From Azolla caroliniana (Eukaryota > Plantae > Polypodiophyta), in contig JBHGNT010000003.1 of NCBI GenBank assembly GCA_043228905.1, positions 20,026,001 to 20,090,000 on the forward strand: DNA of 64,000 nt. Reading direction: 5' to 3'. Below are positions 60,884-64,000 of this stretch, in pieces. Made by a program: the position numbers and the translations under genes. Positions within the stretch are counted from its first letter, which is position 1; each line of letters starts with the position of its first letter. Below the pieces are notes generated by a model. The model saw nothing but the letters and a program-made list of their open reading frames with translations. It did no database searches and was not told the origin of the DNA.

Positions 60884-63493
60884 TTGGACAACCCTAGATC
60901 TGTGCAGCCCATTAGTGGTTCCATTTCCTCTAAGCAAGTTAGCAATGTGTTCTTAGCTCAGGTAATGTTTAGTACTAAAAGTACTCCTCAAGTACATGTC
61001 TTAGCACTCTTAGATTCTGGAGCCAACTCTTGCTTCATAGATAGGAATTTTGCCCAAGCGCATTAGATATCCCTAAAGAAAATCCCATGTCCAGCCTCTA
61101 TAGTAGTCATTGATGGTCGTCCCATTGCTTCCAGGAATATTATAGAAGAGTCAGAACCCGTTAATATTGTCCTAGACAACTTAGCGTGTGTAGTATCATT
61201 TAATATAATTAGTATCCAAGAACATCCCATTGTTTTGGGATTACCATGGTTCGAATTACATAACCCAACCATAGATTGGAGAACAAGAGAAATACGGTGT
61301 CGACAAACCCGATGATCTACTCATAAGATTGCAACCATTTCGTTACATCAGTTGCGTGAGGGAGGACGCAAGGAAGAAATGTTTCTCTTCGCAATATCAG
61401 TAAACCCCTCCCGTATCAATAAAGAGGAGTCCACTGTTCAACTTCCAGAGAAGTATCGTCATTATGCCAATGTGTTCGATAAAGTACGAGCTAATACGCT
61501 TCCTCGCCATCGACCGTATGATTGCCCCATCGATTTACAACCAAGAAAAGAGCCACCATGGGGACCAATCTACAATTTGTCACCAACCGAGCTAGAAGTC
61601 CTTCGAGCCTATATAGAGGAGAATTTGGCAAATGGTTTCATTTGACATTCGAAATCTCCAGCCGGCGCACCCATTTTCTTTGTCAAGAAAAAGGATGGAT
61701 CACTTCGTCTCGTCGTAGATTATAGTGGGTTAGGTAAAGTCGCCATCAGGAATAGGTATGCACTTCCCCTTATCTTAAGTCTTCTAGAACGGATCAATGG
61801 TGCAAGGTTCTTCACAAAGATCGACTTACAAGGAGTGTATAACCTCGTATAGATCCGACCAGGAGATGAATGGAAGATTGCGTTTCGCACCAGATATGGG
61901 CATTTCGAGTATACGGTCATGCCATTCGGCCTCACTAATGCGCCAACAGTCTTCCAGCACATGGCAAATGATATATTCCGAGATCTCTTGGATGATTTTT
62001 TTATCATCTATTTGGATGATCTACTGGTTTATTCGAAGACCCAAGAAGAGAATGATTCTCATGTACTATTAGTACTAAAATGACTTCGAGAACATGGTCT
62101 TTATGCAAAACTGGAAAAATGTAGTTTCGGGTGCAACCAGGTCAAATTTTTGGGCTATGTCATGTCCTCGAAAGGCATCTCCATGGATCCAGCTAAGGTC
62201 AAAATGGTGGTAGAGTGGCAGACTCCGTGTTTGTTGCGAGATGTGCAATGCTTTTTAGGCTTTGCCAATTTCTACCACAAGTTCATACAGGATTACTCAA
62301 AGCTTGTTCTGCATCTCACACAATTTACGAGGAAGGGAAAATTGTTCGTTTGGTTTGAAGAAGCGGACATTGCTTTTGAGAGTCTTAAGAAGGCATTTAC
62401 ATCAGTTCCTATTTTAGCTCATGTTGATCTAGAGAAACCATTCATCATTGAAGGAGACGCGTTGGATTTCGCTTTGGGTAGCATTCTGTCTCAACAAGGC
62501 GATGATGAGAAGCTACATCCTATGGCTTTCCATTCACGCAAGTTTGACTCCGCGGAAATCAACTATGAAATTCATGATAAGGAGCTATTAGCAATAGTGG
62601 ACTCTTTTACACAATGGAGGTATTTTCTAGAGGGGTCTTCTCATCAAGTCATCGTATTCAGTAATCACAAAAACCTTGCCTACTTTCAGAATGCTCGTGT
62701 GTTAAATCAACGTCAAGCTCGGTGGGCCCAATTCCTTACTCGTGTCGACTTCAAAATTACACATCGTCCAAGGAAGCAACAAGGGAAAGCAGATGCATTA
62801 TCACGGCGTTTGTATCTAGCACTGTGTCCCGGTGAGCCGGCTTTCGATAACCAAAAGCAAGTAATCTTGGGATCAACACGATTGCAAGCAACGCAGGTCT
62901 TCGGTATGCCCTTGGATTCCCAAGTTATTGATACCATTCGTGAGGACTTGAAGACAGATGTTTTCGCTCAAAACATTTGAGCACAAATTGATCCCTCTCA
63001 AGCATCTTGTTCACAGTCGCAACAACCAGGTACGGACTATCGACAATTCGAATGTCATGATGGATTACTATTCTTTAAGAAACTCTTGTATGTTCCTAAT
63101 GGTACTTGTCGCCTTCAAGTAGTCCAAAACTGTCACGACACATATACAATTGGGCATTTCAGTAGTACTAAAACACTAGATTTAGTACAACGATCCTTCA
63201 GGTGGCTCCATATGCGACAATTTGTCGAAGATTTTGTTTGGCCTTGTGATACATGTTGCAGAGCAAAAATGCGAAGGCATCATCCATATGGTTTATTAGA
63301 ACCATTACCAATTCCAAGCAAGCCATGGAAATCCATTGCCCTAGATTTCATCACAGATCTTCCGGTCCCTAAGGGATTCGATGCAATCTTAACAATAGTA
63401 GATCGATATACGAAGATGGCCCATTTCCTACCATGTACTAAGGAAATCTCCAATGAAGAAATCGCCGAAATTGTCATGCGTGAGGTATGTCGG
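60884..63493 (+). pseudogene. Chromovirus-type (Tcn1-like) Gypsy pol: protease, RT, RNase H, integrase N-terminus
   Basis: ALLDSGANSCFID, HRPYDCPIDL...PIYNLSPTEL, IYLDD, NYEIHDKELLAIV, PWKSIALDFITDLP; stops and frameshifts. Confidence 0.92.
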
Positions 63494-64000
63494 TGTAAAG
63501 AATCGGATATGATTCTTGTGAAGCGGAAGAGATGTGAGGTATGTGTGTGTATGAGAGAGAGTGAGTGAGTGAGTGAGTGAGAGAGAGACAAGGAGTAACA
63601 CACAGAGAATACGCAAGGTAAAAGTATATTAACAAAGGAGAAAGACTCAACATACTACAAGGTGGGAGGAGGGTGCTTTATATAGTCACCCTCTCTCTTC
63701 ATTAACAACAAGACTCATGGAGCATGGGGAATGAGAAAGCTCATAAGTTATGTGTCATAGAATATGATTTTATGACTCATACTAAATGCTAGAATACAAA
63801 GTGGTGACATAATGGTGACTCTTGGCCATTGGCGTCTCTATTCACTCTCAAGGTGAGTTCACACACTAGACCAAGTTGAGCTTGATTCTCAACACACCCC
63901 CTCAAGCTCAAGTCGGGTCAGTTTCAGACAGTATCCGAAATCCGCTTCGACTTGTGTTCCGGAGTCCGCGTTGATTCGCATTTATGCGTAGTTGCGGAAT
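63494..64000 (-). mobile_element. 3' end of another Copia A-family element (3' LTR 63494-63894, PPT, 3' UTR), continuing beyond the window
   Basis: Reverse-complement match to 29740-30224; PPT TGAGGGGGTG. Confidence 0.93.

Overview
Eukaryotic nuclear DNA, most likely from a seed-free land plant (inferred from Tcn1-like and Phygy/Selgy-like retroelements). Bases 1-~14.9 kb hold the 5' part of a minus-strand, multi-exon VPS52 gene (GARP complex). Sixteen coding exons were rebuilt by hand, including one GC-AG intron; the gene runs off the left edge. The rest is a deep nest of LTR retrotransposons. It includes a Copia (15597-30224) carrying a very young Gypsy (18507-28566), a LINE fragment, a second Copia (37045-51760) inside a Gypsy integrase, a Gypsy/Copia deletion chimera, several solo LTRs, a Gag-only element and a chromovirus-type pol interrupted by another Copia LTR. 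Three observations stand out. (1) The young Gypsy has no polypurine tract at its 3' LTR; it has a bipartite tRNA-Arg 3'-half mimic there, suggesting tRNA priming of both cDNA strands. (2) A Gypsy clade with TGTCG...CGACA ends repeatedly makes 4-bp CpG-centred target duplications. (3) A Gag-only element carries a tRNA-like Pol III cassette in both LTRs. All annotations were made by eye; no searches were run.
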